Notes: generated from the letters alone by a model not told the origin. Positions 30,105-39,775 are shown, counted from the first letter of the stretch. The stretch: DNA of 64,000 nucleotides from Polyangiales bacterium (GCA_046351535.1 JAXLYG010000005.1:101334-165333), one strand, 5' to 3'. Numbers and translations are program-made.

Positions 30105-30893
30105 ATGCCCTCGCAGGTACTCACCGACACCCAGAAGCTCGCGGAAGACATCGTGACCGCCATCGACGCCCACACCGCGGAGCTCGACGCGAGCGCCTCC
30201 GCGCGCCTCGCGGCGGACCTCCATCACGGAGAGAAGTGGCCCTCCGTGGCGCTGCTGCTCGCGCTCACGAGCCGCCGCGTGAAGCGCACCCTCGGCGCCC
30301 ACGTCGACGCCGAGCGGGCCCTCGACGCCGAGCGCGCCGATGACGTCGAGCCCCGCGCCGAGCGCGACAAGCAGGCCCTCGCGGTCTACGCGCAGCTCAA
30401 GAAGATCAAGGGCGCCGTCGAGTCTCTCTTTGGTGACTCCGTCGTGCGGAAGCTCCAGCTCCCCGCGGAGCTACCGCGCGACCCGGCGAAGCTCTGCCTC
30501 GCGGGCGATGACGTCACGAGCGCGATCAAGCGCGAGAAGCTCCCGGCGCCGCAGGTCGAGGGCATCGGGAGGGTTGACTCCAAGGCGTGGATCGAGGCGC
30601 TTGCGAAGCCCCTCGCGGATCTCAAGAAGGCCCGCGCGAAGGTCAACCTCGAAGACAAGGAGCTCGCCGCCGCGCTCGCCGCCCGCGACCGCGCCCAGGA
30701 GGCGCTCTCTGAAGCCATGGTCGAGGCCCTCACCTTCGCCCGCGCCGCGGCCAGCCTCGCAGACAAGGACTCCCTCTTCGACGGGCTCCGCGCCACGATC
30801 GACTATGGAAGCTCCCCGTCAGGCGGAGACGCGCCCGCGGATCCCGTGAACCCCGATCCGCCAGGCGGACCGACGCCCGCGCGCCCTGCGTGA
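30105..30893 (+). CDS. hypothetical protein, predicted coiled-coil, Ala/Leu/Asp-rich
   Basis: ATG 30105 is preceded by AAGGAG. The real gene is the downstream 262 codons of the 707-aa ORF; the upstream part of that ORF is antisense to the thioesterase gene. Confidence 0.45.
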   Translation: MPSQVLTDTQKLAEDIVTAIDAHTAELDASASARLAADLHHGEKWPSVALLLALTSRRVKRTLGAHVDAERALDAERADDVEPRAERDKQALAVYAQLKKIKGAVESLFGDSVVRKLQLPAELPRDPAKLCLAGDDVTSAIKREKLPAPQVEGIGRVDSKAWIEALAKPLADLKKARAKVNLEDKELAAALAARDRAQEALSEAMVEALTFARAAASLADKDSLFDGLRATIDYGSSPSGGDAPADPVNPDPPGGPTPARPA

Positions 30894-31010
30894 GCGTTGC
30901 CTTTCGCGTAGACGCCCGTTCGCGCCCGCTGCGAACGCCTCCCTGTCCGGCAGGAACGCGTTCGCGGCGCGGTGCGAGGTGTACCTACATCGCCCTCGGA
31001 GCCTTTTCGT

Positions 31011-31721
31011 TCACCGCGTGTAGGTCACCGTGGCCGAGGCGCTCGCGAGCGTGATCGCGCGGATCGCGTCGGTGAGCACCGCGCCGGTCACATCCCTCGC
31101 GCGCGTGGGGAGCGTCGGGTGCGCCGAGAGCGCATACACCGTGTACGTGTACATCATCGCGCCGGGGCCCTGAGAGCACGGCGGCGAGTAGGCCAGCGCC
31201 GGTCCGTCGCTCGTGATGCCCGCGACGCCGACGCCCGTCGAGCCCACCGCGAGCGCGCGCGTCGCGCCGGGGATGCTGTGAAGCACCCAGTTCCACTTGA
31301 GGCCGTCGCGCGCGAGGGTGGTCATCATCACGGCGAACTCGGTGGTTCCCGCGGGGACGCCCGACCACGCGAGCGGAGGGCTGTGCCCCACGCCGTCGCA
31401 GGTGTACTCGGCGGGGAGCGTCCCGTGATCGACGAAGGCGCTGCTCGTGAGCGTGAACGCGCCCGTTGAAGCATCCGCGGGAGAAGCATCCGCGGACAGA
31501 GCATCACTCGCGGTCGCGTCACTCGCAGTCACGTCGCTCGCGGTCGCGTCGTTCGCGGTCGCGTCACTCGCGGTCGCGTCGCTCGCGGTCACGTCGCTCG
31601 CGGTCACGTCGCTCGCAGTCACATCCGTGATGCTCGCGTCTTGCGGCGTCGCGGCGTCGGGCGCGTCGCTCGAAGAGCACGCAGCCAGCAGCGCGCAGAG
31701 CGGGAGAGCGAGGTACTTCAC
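31011..31721 (-). CDS. YbhB/YbcL (PEBP-family) lipoprotein with an N-terminal TASDV tandem-repeat linker
   Basis: Lipobox LLAACSS. About 10 copies of T-A-S-D-V/A. PEBP core (FVDHGTLPAEYTCDGVGHSPPLAWSGVPAGTTEFAVMMTTLARDGLKWNWVLHSIP). Confidence 0.7.
   Translation of the reverse strand: MKYLALPLCALLAACSSSDAPDAATPQDASITDVTASDVTASDVTASDATASDATANDATASDVTASDATASDALSADASPADASTGAFTLTSSAFVDHGTLPAEYTCDGVGHSPPLAWSGVPAGTTEFAVMMTTLARDGLKWNWVLHSIPGATRALAVGSTGVGVAGITSDGPALAYSPPCSQGPGAMMYTYTVYALSAHPTLPTRARDVTGAVLTDAIRAITLASASATVTYTR
31470..31640. repeat. 15-nt tandem repeat (about 10 units of gtcacgtcgctcgcg) encoding a TASDV linker
   Basis: Direct tandem repeats are visible in the sequence between 31470 and 31640. 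Confidence 0.7.
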
Positions 31722-32404
31722 GCGGGCCTTCCCTCGCTGCGGCGGGCGCGCAGCGTCGTGACGATCGCGGTCGCGCCGAAGAGCGCCGTGAGCGCCGTGA
31801 GCCAGTGGTTGCGAGAGGTCGCGGGCGGCGCGGCGGGCGCGCGCGCGGTCACCGCGGGCTCATGCGACGGAGGGCGCTGCGCGGTCATCACGTCGAAGCT
31901 CGCGGGGCGGCCGGGCCAGGCGTAGCGCGTCGCGGGCTGCACGAAGGACACGACCACCGGACCGAGCGCCGCGGGCGCCGAGAGCGTCACCACACGCGCA
32001 CCGGGAACCGCGCGCCGCGCTTCGAGGCGCATCCGAACGCGCTCGCCGTGGAGCTGACCCGCGGCCGAGAGCGTCGCGGCCATCGCGCGAAGCTCCGGGG
32101 CGGAGATGAAGCCCGTGAGCGCGAGCGGGAGCGACGCGCCGTCGACGCGGAGCGAGGTGCCCTCTTCGATCTCGCGACGGAGCCGCGCGCAGGTCGTCGC
32201 GAGCGCCTCGTCGGTGCTCGTCGCCACGGCGGTGGGCGTTCCGTCGACGAGGAGAAAGAGGTCCCAGTCGGCGGCCACTTCGAGGTGGTCGTCGCGCAGG
32301 GTCACGCGCGCGGTGCCCTCTTCGAGCGGGTGCGCCATCGACGGAACACCCGCCGCGAGGCACGCCGCGAGGAGCGACGCGCGGAGCAGGGAGCGCGCGG
32401 TCAT
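31718..32404 (-). CDS. hypothetical exported protein with a C-terminal TM anchor; predicted mature N-terminus HPLEEG
   Basis: Real start ATG 32404 (MTARSLLRASLLAACLAAGVPSMA), overlapping the upstream gene's stop as ATGA. Pro/Ala-rich linker, then the C-terminal helix WLTALTALFGATAIVTTL. The stop overlaps the PEBP gene's start. Confidence 0.5.
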   Translation of the reverse strand: MTARSLLRASLLAACLAAGVPSMAHPLEEGTARVTLRDDHLEVAADWDLFLLVDGTPTAVATSTDEALATTCARLRREIEEGTSLRVDGASLPLALTGFISAPELRAMAATLSAAGQLHGERVRMRLEARRAVPGARVVTLSAPAALGPVVVSFVQPATRYAWPGRPASFDVMTAQRPPSHEPAVTARAPAAPPATSRNHWLTALTALFGATAIVTTLRARRSEGRPA

Positions 32405-33534
32405 CGCATCCCCCGGCAGTAGGTTCCGCGCTGCGTGACGCCGCGCGTGGTGTACGAGGCGTCGGTGAAGTCCCAGCAGTTGGCCGTCGTCGCGGGGCGA
32501 TACGAGATCGAGTACGTGCGACCCATGTGCTCGTAGGTCATCGTGTGCGTCCCGTCGGCGGCCTCGACGTAGCGGAGGTTCATCACGCCGCCGGGCGCCT
32601 TCTCGCCAGGGGGCCGTCCGCCTCCGCCGCCGAGTCGGTTGAGGGGCGTCACGCGCGGGGCCATCGCGGTGTCGAAGGCCCCCGTGAGGCACTGCACGAT
32701 GTACGGGTGCGTCGTCGACGTGTGGTAGCGGAAGCCGAACACGGGGTCGCGCTGGCCGTTGCAGACGTCGAGCGTCCCCGCGGCGATGGGCGTCCCGTCG
32801 GGGTTGTCGTTGCCGTAGATGGGATAGCCGTCGAAGGCCCACCCGAGGATCGCGCTCGCCCCGCGGTTGCGCATCGCCGCGATCATGCACGAGGGAGACG
32901 CGTGGTAGTGGTAGTCGTCGCCGCGCCCCGAGTGACCGCCGCACTGGTCGAGCTCGCCCGTGAGCACCGTGTCGAAGCGGGGATCGTAGGCCGAGAGGTC
33001 GAGCGTCCCCTGCGAGCTGTAGTCGTAGATGGGCACGCCGTTGACGGCCACGCCGAGGGCCGCGTCGATGGAGATGGGCGCCGCGGCGCGCGTCGGCGCC
33101 AGCGTCACGGGCGACGAATACCCGGGCGCAGGAACGGGCACCTGGTCGTTGGTGCCGGTGATCCCGTTCATCTTCACGTGGTCGGGGTACGTGTCGGAGA
33201 CGATGTACGCGAAGCGCTCGTCGCAGCGCACCGTCACGCGATCGGCGAAGCCCGCGGCGCGCACCGACCCGGTCACCGCGGCGCAGCGCTCGGAGGGGGT
33301 GAGCATCGTCGACGCGTCGGACGGAGCGTCGGTGCTCGCATCGGGCGTCACGTCGGGCGAGGCATCGGGCGTCACGTCGGGCGAGGTGTCGGGCGAGGTG
33401 TCGGGCGTGACGTCTGCGGCGACGTCGGTGACGGTGCTCGCGTCGGTGGCCGTCGCGGCGTCGGAGCAGCCCGCGATCGCGAGCGCCGCCACGAGCGAAG
33501 AGAAACGCGTTCCTGCGTGTGTGCGCGTGGGCAT
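32401..33534 (-). CDS. YHYH-domain lipoprotein with a DVTPD tandem-repeat linker
   Basis: Lipobox AIAGCSD. Repeats DVTPDTSPDTSPDVTPDASPDVTPDAS. YHYH signature (VNGVPIYDY ... CGGHSGRGDDYHYHASPSC). Start probably M14 (MPTRTHAG). Confidence 0.7.
   Translation of the reverse strand: MPTRTHAGTRFSSLVAALAIAGCSDAATATDASTVTDVAADVTPDTSPDTSPDVTPDASPDVTPDASTDAPSDASTMLTPSERCAAVTGSVRAAGFADRVTVRCDERFAYIVSDTYPDHVKMNGITGTNDQVPVPAPGYSSPVTLAPTRAAAPISIDAALGVAVNGVPIYDYSSQGTLDLSAYDPRFDTVLTGELDQCGGHSGRGDDYHYHASPSCMIAAMRNRGASAILGWAFDGYPIYGNDNPDGTPIAAGTLDVCNGQRDPVFGFRYHTSTTHPYIVQCLTGAFDTAMAPRVTPLNRLGGGGGRPPGEKAPGGVMNLRYVEAADGTHTMTYEHMGRTYSISYRPATTANCWDFTDASYTTRGVTQRGTYCRGMR
33315..33440. repeat. tandem repeats encoding (D/A)VTPD(T/A)SP units in the YHYH gene
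   Basis: gtcacgtcgggcgaggc/tgtcgggcg units are visible in the sequence. Confidence 0.6.
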
Positions 33535-33591
33535 CGGTCGTGCGCTTTCTCCCGCGTGTCGCGGGTCATTCATCGTGGCGAACGGAGCGCG

Positions 33592-34779
33592 TCAGGGCGC
33601 GGCGCCGTCTCGTTCGCAGAGGTCACGGAGCCGCCGCAGCTCGGTCGCGCCCGCGCGTTCGCCTTCGCTCGTCGAGAGCGCGATGACGCGGGCGCAGTCT
33701 CCGCGGAGCCTCGCCGCGCGCGCGAGCAGCGTCGCGACCTCGCCGCGGTGCGCCCCCGAGGGGTAGCCGCGGAGGTAACGCTCGGCCGAGGCGAGCGCGG
33801 CGGGCTCGTCTCCCGCGCGGCGGAGGGCGACCACGCGGAGCCACCCCGCGTCGTCGGCGCGCTCGTCGTGAGGTTGCTGCCGTTCGAAGTCTTCGAAGTC
33901 CGCCGCGGCCGTGCGGAAGTCGCCCCGGCCCATCGCTGCAACACCCGACGCGAAGCGCTGAAAGGGCGCCTCCGCGTCGGCGGATTCGCTGTGAGCGCTG
34001 CCGTGCGTGTGCGCGCCGTGCTGCGCGGGAGGAGGCGTCGCGGACGCGACCACCGCGGGGACGTTCGCGGCGGGAGGCGTCTGCGCTGCGACGACGGGGG
34101 GATCGTCGGGGACCTTCCAACGCTGACCCGCGGCGATGAGGCGCTCGGGCTCGTGCGCGACGCGGAGCGCGACGAGGCCCTCGTACACGGTGACGCGCAC
34201 GGTGTGTCCGCCGTGGGCCTCGACGACGAAGCGCGTGCCGCGGACCTCGAGCTCACCGTCGGGCAGCGCCACCACGAAGCGATGCCCCGCGCGCTGATGC
34301 GGAACGCTCACCTGGAGCGCGCCCTCGCTGAGCCGCACGGTCTCGCGGTCGGGCTCGACGGAGCGCGTCCAATGGGCCTCGCCGACGATCTCGATGCGCG
34401 CGGTGGGGTCCGTCGGCGTGCCCGTCGTTCGGTGGTCTCCGCGTCGCGCGAGGATCACCGCCGCCACGGCGACCGCGCCCGCGAACGAGAGCGCGCCCGC
34501 GAGCGCGAAGGGCGTCACGCTCCGTCGAGGCTGCTCTTCTCCGTGCGCCGCCGCGAGGAGGAGCGCGGCGCGCGCGCGGTGTCGCTGGAGGTCGCTCACG
34601 GGGGCCTTCGCGTGTCGCCGGGCCTCTTCGCGGAGGCTGATCCAACGCTCGCGGCGCGCGCGGCAGTCGGCGCACTGCGCGAGGTGTCGCGCGACGCGGT
34701 CGACCTCACGGGCGCTGAAGCGTCCGTCTTCGGCGGCCTCGACCTCGGGCCAGCGCGGGCACACTTCGCCTTCGCTCAC
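33592..34779 (-). CDS. anti-sigma factor: zf-HC2-like N-terminus, single TM helix, periplasmic FecR-like domain
   Basis: GTG start at 34779 overlaps the sigma gene's stop (GTGA). N-terminus HLAQCADCRARRERW, TM helix ALAGALSFAGAVAVAAVIL, FecR motif LEVRGTRFVV. The C-terminus is TPR-like and Arg-rich. Confidence 0.7.
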   Translation of the reverse strand: MSEGEVCPRWPEVEAAEDGRFSAREVDRVARHLAQCADCRARRERWISLREEARRHAKAPVSDLQRHRARAALLLAAAHGEEQPRRSVTPFALAGALSFAGAVAVAAVILARRGDHRTTGTPTDPTARIEIVGEAHWTRSVEPDRETVRLSEGALQVSVPHQRAGHRFVVALPDGELEVRGTRFVVEAHGGHTVRVTVYEGLVALRVAHEPERLIAAGQRWKVPDDPPVVAAQTPPAANVPAVVASATPPPAQHGAHTHGSAHSESADAEAPFQRFASGVAAMGRGDFRTAAADFEDFERQQPHDERADDAGWLRVVALRRAGDEPAALASAERYLRGYPSGAHRGEVATLLARAARLRGDCARVIALSTSEGERAGATELRRLRDLCERDGAAP

Positions 34780-35345
34780 GGCACACCTCCAGACGGGTCT
34801 TCGAGCATCCGTTTGCGCGCGTGGTGGAGCCGCGTCCACACGGTGGCGACGGGGATCGCGAGCTCGCGCGCGGCCTCGTCGCACGACAGCTCGTGCACCT
34901 CGACCAGCACGTACGCGGCGCGCATCTTCTCGGGGAGCGCGGCGACCTGCGCGGCGAAGCGCTCCCACCGCTGCGCGGCGATGCGGTCGTCTTCGGGCGT
35001 CTGCGCGTGCGCGCTCGGCGCGACGTGCGTGAACCGCGTGACCGCGCGGAGCCATCGGGTGATCGAGCGCCGACGATCGGCCGCCACGCGCCACGCGGTG
35101 GCGAGCACCCAGGGCTTCGCCGAGGGGCGTCCGTCGTAGCGCGCGGCCATCGACGAGAGGCGGAGGAAGGTGTCCTGCGCGACGTCGTCGGCGTCGGCGG
35201 GTCGCACGCCCGCGTGGAGCGCCACGCTTCGCACGGCCTCGTAATAGCGGTCGAAGAGGGCGCCGAGGGCGTCGAGCTCGCCGCGCGCCATCGCGGCGAA
35301 GAGCTCCGCGTCGGTGGCGTCGGCGCGCGTCGTCGAGCGTCGCAT
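34776..35345 (-). CDS. ECF-family RNA polymerase sigma factor
   Basis: Real start ATG 35345 (MRRSTTRADA). Region 2 DVAQDTFLRL...WVLATAWRVAADR. Region 4 MRAAYVLVEVHELSCDEAARELAIPVATVWTRLHHARKRM. The upstream part of the 730-aa ORF is non-coding antisense. Confidence 0.8.
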   Translation of the reverse strand: MRRSTTRADATDAELFAAMARGELDALGALFDRYYEAVRSVALHAGVRPADADDVAQDTFLRLSSMAARYDGRPSAKPWVLATAWRVAADRRRSITRWLRAVTRFTHVAPSAHAQTPEDDRIAAQRWERFAAQVAALPEKMRAAYVLVEVHELSCDEAARELAIPVATVWTRLHHARKRMLEDPSGGVP

Positions 35346-35350
35346 GAGCT

Positions 35351-36382
35351 TCACAGCGCGCCTCCGTAGAGGGCGCCGACCATGAGCCCCGCGCTCCAAG
35401 AGGGAGGCGTCGGGACCGACGCGCTCGACCCCGCGGCGAAGACCGTCACGGGCGCGACGTCGGCGTCGACGGTGACCGCGAGCGCGAGGCCGTGCCAGTC
35501 CGCCGAGCGCCACCGCGCGATGGCCCCGAGGCGCACCTGCACGAAGGTCTCCTTCTGTCCGGGGAGCAGCGCCTGATCGCGCCATGTGTAGCTGTTGGTC
35601 GCCACGGTGACGCCCGCCTCGGCGCGGCCGCGGAGCGCGCGGGCCCCCCAGCTCGCGCCGATGCCCAGCGCGCCGACGTCGAGGAGGTAGCGCCCCGGTC
35701 CGCGGTCGACGAGGCGGTACGTCCACGGCTCGACGCGCCCCCACGCGAAGAGCGACCACGCGCGGATGCGGAACGCCACCGTCGCGCGCATCGCGAACGA
35801 CGTGTACGAGGGCGTCGCGCCGAGGCGCATCCCGAGGTCGAAGATCCCTTCGATGAACGAGGTGGGGGCGGGGCGCTCCCGCACGACGGGGGCGGGCGGC
35901 GGAGGCGGCGGAGCCGGCAGCGGCAACGGCGCGGGCGCGCGAAGCGGCTGCGCGGCCGTGTGTGAAGGCGCGGGCTCGGCTTCGAGCGCGGGGAGCGCGT
36001 CGAGGATGAGCGCGGCCTGGAGCGTCGCGGTGAGCTCCGCGGGCGCGGCGACGTGACGGCGCAGCGTGGTGCCCGAGGGGAGCGCGACGTCGAGCGCCGC
36101 GACGCCCGCCTCGTCGAGCGTGAAGCGCACGGTCGCGCCGACGCAGTGCCACGGTCGGTCGGAGCCCGTGAGCGACGCGCGCATCTCGCGGATCGCGTCG
36201 GCCCAGCGCGGCACCTCGAGCGACGGCGCGACGGAGAGCGTCGAGGCGGGGCAGCGGGTCTGCGCCGCGGGCGCCGTGGTGAACGCGAGCGCGCAAAACC
36301 CCAGCGCCACGGGCGACGGCGTCGGTCTCGGTCTCGCGGGGTGTGTGCGACGCGGGCTCACGGTCGAGGGTGCTCTCATCAC
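35351..36382 (-). CDS. hypothetical exported protein with a Pro-rich linker and a C-terminal beta-barrel-like domain
   Basis: Signal-like N-terminus (VALGFCALAFTTAPAAQ). PLPLPAPPPPPPAP linker. The C-terminal ~170 aa show alternating aromatic/small residues and end GLMVGALYGGAL. The gene ends 6 nt before the ECF sigma start. Confidence 0.5.
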   Translation of the reverse strand: MMRAPSTVSPRRTHPARPRPTPSPVALGFCALAFTTAPAAQTRCPASTLSVAPSLEVPRWADAIREMRASLTGSDRPWHCVGATVRFTLDEAGVAALDVALPSGTTLRRHVAAPAELTATLQAALILDALPALEAEPAPSHTAAQPLRAPAPLPLPAPPPPPPAPVVRERPAPTSFIEGIFDLGMRLGATPSYTSFAMRATVAFRIRAWSLFAWGRVEPWTYRLVDRGPGRYLLDVGALGIGASWGARALRGRAEAGVTVATNSYTWRDQALLPGQKETFVQVRLGAIARWRSADWHGLALAVTVDADVAPVTVFAAGSSASVPTPPSWSAGLMVGALYGGAL

Positions 36383-36543
36383 CCCTTTGGCCGATCGCGG
36401 TCGAGACCTTCACGCGGAGGCGCGACGTAATTTCTTCGGCGCGCCGTGAAGGCGTCGGGCGCGGGGGGCCAATGGCCTCGTGAAGGGGGCGCGATGCGCT
36501 CCCGAAGACGCCGCGCGTCGCGCGAGAAACGAGAGGACGGTCG

Positions 36544-38241
36544 ATGGCAGAGCGCAGGGGCTTCATCGCAGCGGAGCGCGGTCGGATCGCGGCGGTCTTC
36601 GCGATCACGGCGCAGCTCGCGGGCGTCGCGTGCACGACGACACCGGCCGCAGACGCGGGGGTCGACGCCCCCGTCACGCCCATCGACGTGACGAGCGACA
36701 CGGCCCCGCCCGACGCCGCGACGGACGCTCCCCTCGACGCCTCGGAGATGGACGCGGTGACGGACGCGGTGACGGACGCGGTGACGGACGCTCCCACGAT
36801 GGACGCCGGGCGCGACGGGGGGATGCGGCGCGACGGCGGCGCGAGCGACGCGTCGGGCGACGTGACGATCACGATGTCCGTCGACGTGTTCACCGACGAC
36901 GCGTTCACGGGCCCCGAGCTGCTCGCGCGGCCCACCGACCGCTCGATCGCGGTGCACGTCGTCCCCACGCGCGCCGTCGAGATCTACTACGAGTACGGCG
37001 CGTCGCCGGGGGTCTACAGCGGGCGCACCGAGACGCAGTCGGTCGCCGCGCGCACGCCCGCGCTGACGGTGCTCTCGCCCCTCACGGCGAACACCCGGTA
37101 CTACTACCGCCTGCGGTACCGGGCGCCCGGCGAGGCGACCTTCGCGTCGCGCGAGGAGCACTCGTTCTTCACGCAGCGCGCGCGAGGTTCGACCTTCACC
37201 TTCACCGTGCAGGCCGACTCGCACCTCGACGACCGCTCGGACTACTCGGTCTACGCGAGCACGCTCACCAACGTGCTGCGCGACAGGCCCGACTTTCACG
37301 TCGACCTCGGCGACACGTTCATGTGCGAGAAGCACACGACGCCCTTCATGGCCGAGACCCTCGCGGCCATGGACGCCCCCACCGTCGACGCCCGCTACGC
37401 CTTCGACCGCGCCAACTTCGCGCGCATCGGCCACTCGGTGCCCGTCTTCCTCGTGAACGGAAACCACGAGGGAGAGTCGGGCTGGTTCCTCGACGGGACG
37501 GCCAACAACATCGCGGTGTGGGCGACGCTCTCGCGCAAGCGGTACTTCGCCAACCCCGAGGCCGACGCGTTCTACTCGTCGACCACCGACGCGGAGCCCA
37601 TCGTCGGCACGCGCCAGGCGTTCTACGCCTTCGAGTGGGGCGACGCGCTCTTCATCACCCTCGACCCGTACTGGTACACCCGCGCGCGTCCCACCGCGGA
37701 TCGCTGGCGCTGGACCCTGGGTGAAGCGCAGTACCAGTGGCTCCGTCGCGTGCTCGCGGGGAGCACCGCGACGCACAAGTTCGTCTTTCTGCACCACCTG
37801 CTCGGCGGCGTGAACGCCGAGGCCCGCGGCGGCGTCGAGGCTGCTCCCTTCTACGAGTGGGGCGGGCTCAACGAAGACCGCACGCAGGGCTTCGCCGCGC
37901 ACCGCCCGGGGTGGCCCGCGCCCATCCATCAGCTCCTCCGCGACGCGCACGTCACCGCTGTTTTTCACGGCCACGACCACGTCTACGTGCGCCAGGAGCT
38001 CGACGGGATCGTCTATCAGGAGGTCCCCCAGCCGAGCGCGTCGAACTTCACCAACGGCGCCACGATCGCCGCCGAGGGCGGCTACGACAGCGGCGTCGTG
38101 ATGAGCAGCAGCGGCCACCTGCGCGTGGTCGTGTCTCCGTCGAGCGTCGTCGTCGACTACGTGCGCGCGACGCCTCCCGCGGGCATGCGCATCCCCGACG
38201 GCGGCGTCGGCGGCTACTCGTACACCCTCGTCCCTCGCTGA
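36544..38241 (+). CDS. purple-acid-phosphatase-like calcineurin-type metallophosphoesterase lipoprotein
   Basis: Lipobox LAGVAC, AVTD repeats, N-terminal FN3-like domain, then the GDTF ... GNHE ... GHDH metallophosphatase motif set. Confidence 0.7.
   Translation: MAERRGFIAAERGRIAAVFAITAQLAGVACTTTPAADAGVDAPVTPIDVTSDTAPPDAATDAPLDASEMDAVTDAVTDAVTDAPTMDAGRDGGMRRDGGASDASGDVTITMSVDVFTDDAFTGPELLARPTDRSIAVHVVPTRAVEIYYEYGASPGVYSGRTETQSVAARTPALTVLSPLTANTRYYYRLRYRAPGEATFASREEHSFFTQRARGSTFTFTVQADSHLDDRSDYSVYASTLTNVLRDRPDFHVDLGDTFMCEKHTTPFMAETLAAMDAPTVDARYAFDRANFARIGHSVPVFLVNGNHEGESGWFLDGTANNIAVWATLSRKRYFANPEADAFYSSTTDAEPIVGTRQAFYAFEWGDALFITLDPYWYTRARPTADRWRWTLGEAQYQWLRRVLAGSTATHKFVFLHHLLGGVNAEARGGVEAAPFYEWGGLNEDRTQGFAAHRPGWPAPIHQLLRDAHVTAVFHGHDHVYVRQELDGIVYQEVPQPSASNFTNGATIAAEGGYDSGVVMSSSGHLRVVVSPSSVVVDYVRATPPAGMRIPDGGVGGYSYTLVPR
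36750..36795. repeat. three or four 15-nt units (gacgcggtgacggac) encoding DAVTD in the metallophosphoesterase gene
   Basis: Direct repeats are visible in the sequence. Confidence 0.6.
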
Positions 38242-38266
38242 ATCACAGCCACCACGGAGCACCGCC

Positions 38267-39775
38267 ATGACCGACCCTTCGAAGAGCCCCGTGTCTCGCC
38301 TCGCGCTCCTCGTCATCACCCTCGCGGGCTGCGGAAACTCAATCGCAGAGCCCTCGCCCGACGCGAGCGCGCAGGTCGACGTGCGACCCGCGAGCGACGT
38401 CCTTCCCTCGTCCGATGTCACCGCCTCCGATGTCACGGTCACCGACGTCACCGTCACCGACGTCACGGTCACCGACGCGCCGTCCTCCGACGCGCCCTCG
38501 ACGGGACGTCATCCCAACTTCATCGTCTTCCTCGCCGAGGCCAACGGGTGGACGAGCACCTCGGTGCTCCAGGACGAGGCGATTCCCGCGTCGCGCAGCG
38601 GCACGATCCAGACGCCGAGCCTCGACCGCATCACCGCACAGGGGATGCGCTTCTCGAACTTCTACGCCCCGTCGCCGCGGTGCATGCCGACGCGCGCGAG
38701 CCTCATCAGTGGGATCTCGCCCGCCGCGCTGCACATGACCTTCATCCCCGAGGCGCGCAACGACGGCGCGGCGACGGGCAACGTGGTCACGCCCACGACC
38801 ATCACCACGCTCCCTGTCGAGACGCCGACGGTGGCGTCGCTCCTCCGCGCGGCGGGGTACGGCACGGCGCACTTCGGCAAGTGGCACGCGGGCAACATTC
38901 ACCCGTCGATGTACGGCTTCGACATGAGCGACGGGCCGACGGCCAACCGTGGACCCGACAACGTCGACCACCCCAACCCCGCGCAGGCGTACGCGATCGC
39001 CGACAGGGCCATCGCGTTCCTCAACACGCAGGCCGCGGCGCGGCGACCGTTCTACCTCCAGGTGTCGAGCTACGGCGGCAAGGACGAGGTCGACTCGCGG
39101 CCCGAGACCTACGCGATGGCCGCCGCGAGGCTCCCCGGCGCGAACCCGCGCGACATCGCGCTCGCCGCCGTGCAGATGGAGATGGACATCAACATCGGCC
39201 GCGTCCTCACGCGCCTCGACGAGCTGGGGCTCACGGGCGACACGTACGTGTTCTTCACGTCGGATCACGGCGCGCAGGGCCCCTCGTCGAACCCGCCGCT
39301 CCAGGGCAGCAAAGGGACGGTCTGGGAGGGCGGCATCCGCGTTCCCCTCTTCGTGCGCGGACCCAACGTGCGCATGGGGGTCTCATCGCGCGTGCGCACC
39401 ACGGGGGTCGACCTGCTCCCGACGATCATGTCGCTCGCGAACGTCACCGCGCTCCCTGCCCGTCTCGAAGGCGGCAACCTCGCGCCGCTTCTCCTCGGAA
39501 CCGTCAACGAGGTGCGCCGTTCGCGCGACGAGCTCGTCGTCCACTTTCCCCACTACGACATGGACCCGCTCGGCCCCGCGTCGACGATCCTCTTCGGCGA
39601 CTACAAGCTCACGCGCTACTACGAGACCGGCTCGCAGCGGCTCTACAACGTCGTGACCGACTTCGCCGAAGCGACGGACCTCGCCCCGCGCGACCCGGCT
39701 CGTGTGACCGACATGGCCCGCCGCCTCGACGAGTACCTCGCCGCGGTCAACGCCCAGATCCCCACGCGTCGCTGA
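38267..39775 (+). CDS. arylsulfatase-family (Cys-type, FGE-dependent) lipoprotein
   Basis: Lipobox LAGCG. VTVTD repeats. Sulfatase signature SPRCMPTRASLISG (C-x-P-x-R) and a second motif GKWH. Confidence 0.8.
   Translation: MTDPSKSPVSRLALLVITLAGCGNSIAEPSPDASAQVDVRPASDVLPSSDVTASDVTVTDVTVTDVTVTDAPSSDAPSTGRHPNFIVFLAEANGWTSTSVLQDEAIPASRSGTIQTPSLDRITAQGMRFSNFYAPSPRCMPTRASLISGISPAALHMTFIPEARNDGAATGNVVTPTTITTLPVETPTVASLLRAAGYGTAHFGKWHAGNIHPSMYGFDMSDGPTANRGPDNVDHPNPAQAYAIADRAIAFLNTQAAARRPFYLQVSSYGGKDEVDSRPETYAMAAARLPGANPRDIALAAVQMEMDINIGRVLTRLDELGLTGDTYVFFTSDHGAQGPSSNPPLQGSKGTVWEGGIRVPLFVRGPNVRMGVSSRVRTTGVDLLPTIMSLANVTALPARLEGGNLAPLLLGTVNEVRRSRDELVVHFPHYDMDPLGPASTILFGDYKLTRYYETGSQRLYNVVTDFAEATDLAPRDPARVTDMARRLDEYLAAVNAQIPTRR
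38411..38480. repeat. tandem repeats encoding VT(A/V)(S/T)D units in the sulfatase gene
   Basis: gtcaccgacgtcacggtcaccgacgtcaccgtcaccgac. Confidence 0.6.

Noticed and set aside
31470-31640. CRISPR-like appearance of the short direct repeats
   Set aside because: The units are 15 nt, contiguous with no unique spacers, and lie inside ORFs encoding TASDV-type linkers. There are no cas genes. These are coding tandem repeats, not CRISPR arrays.
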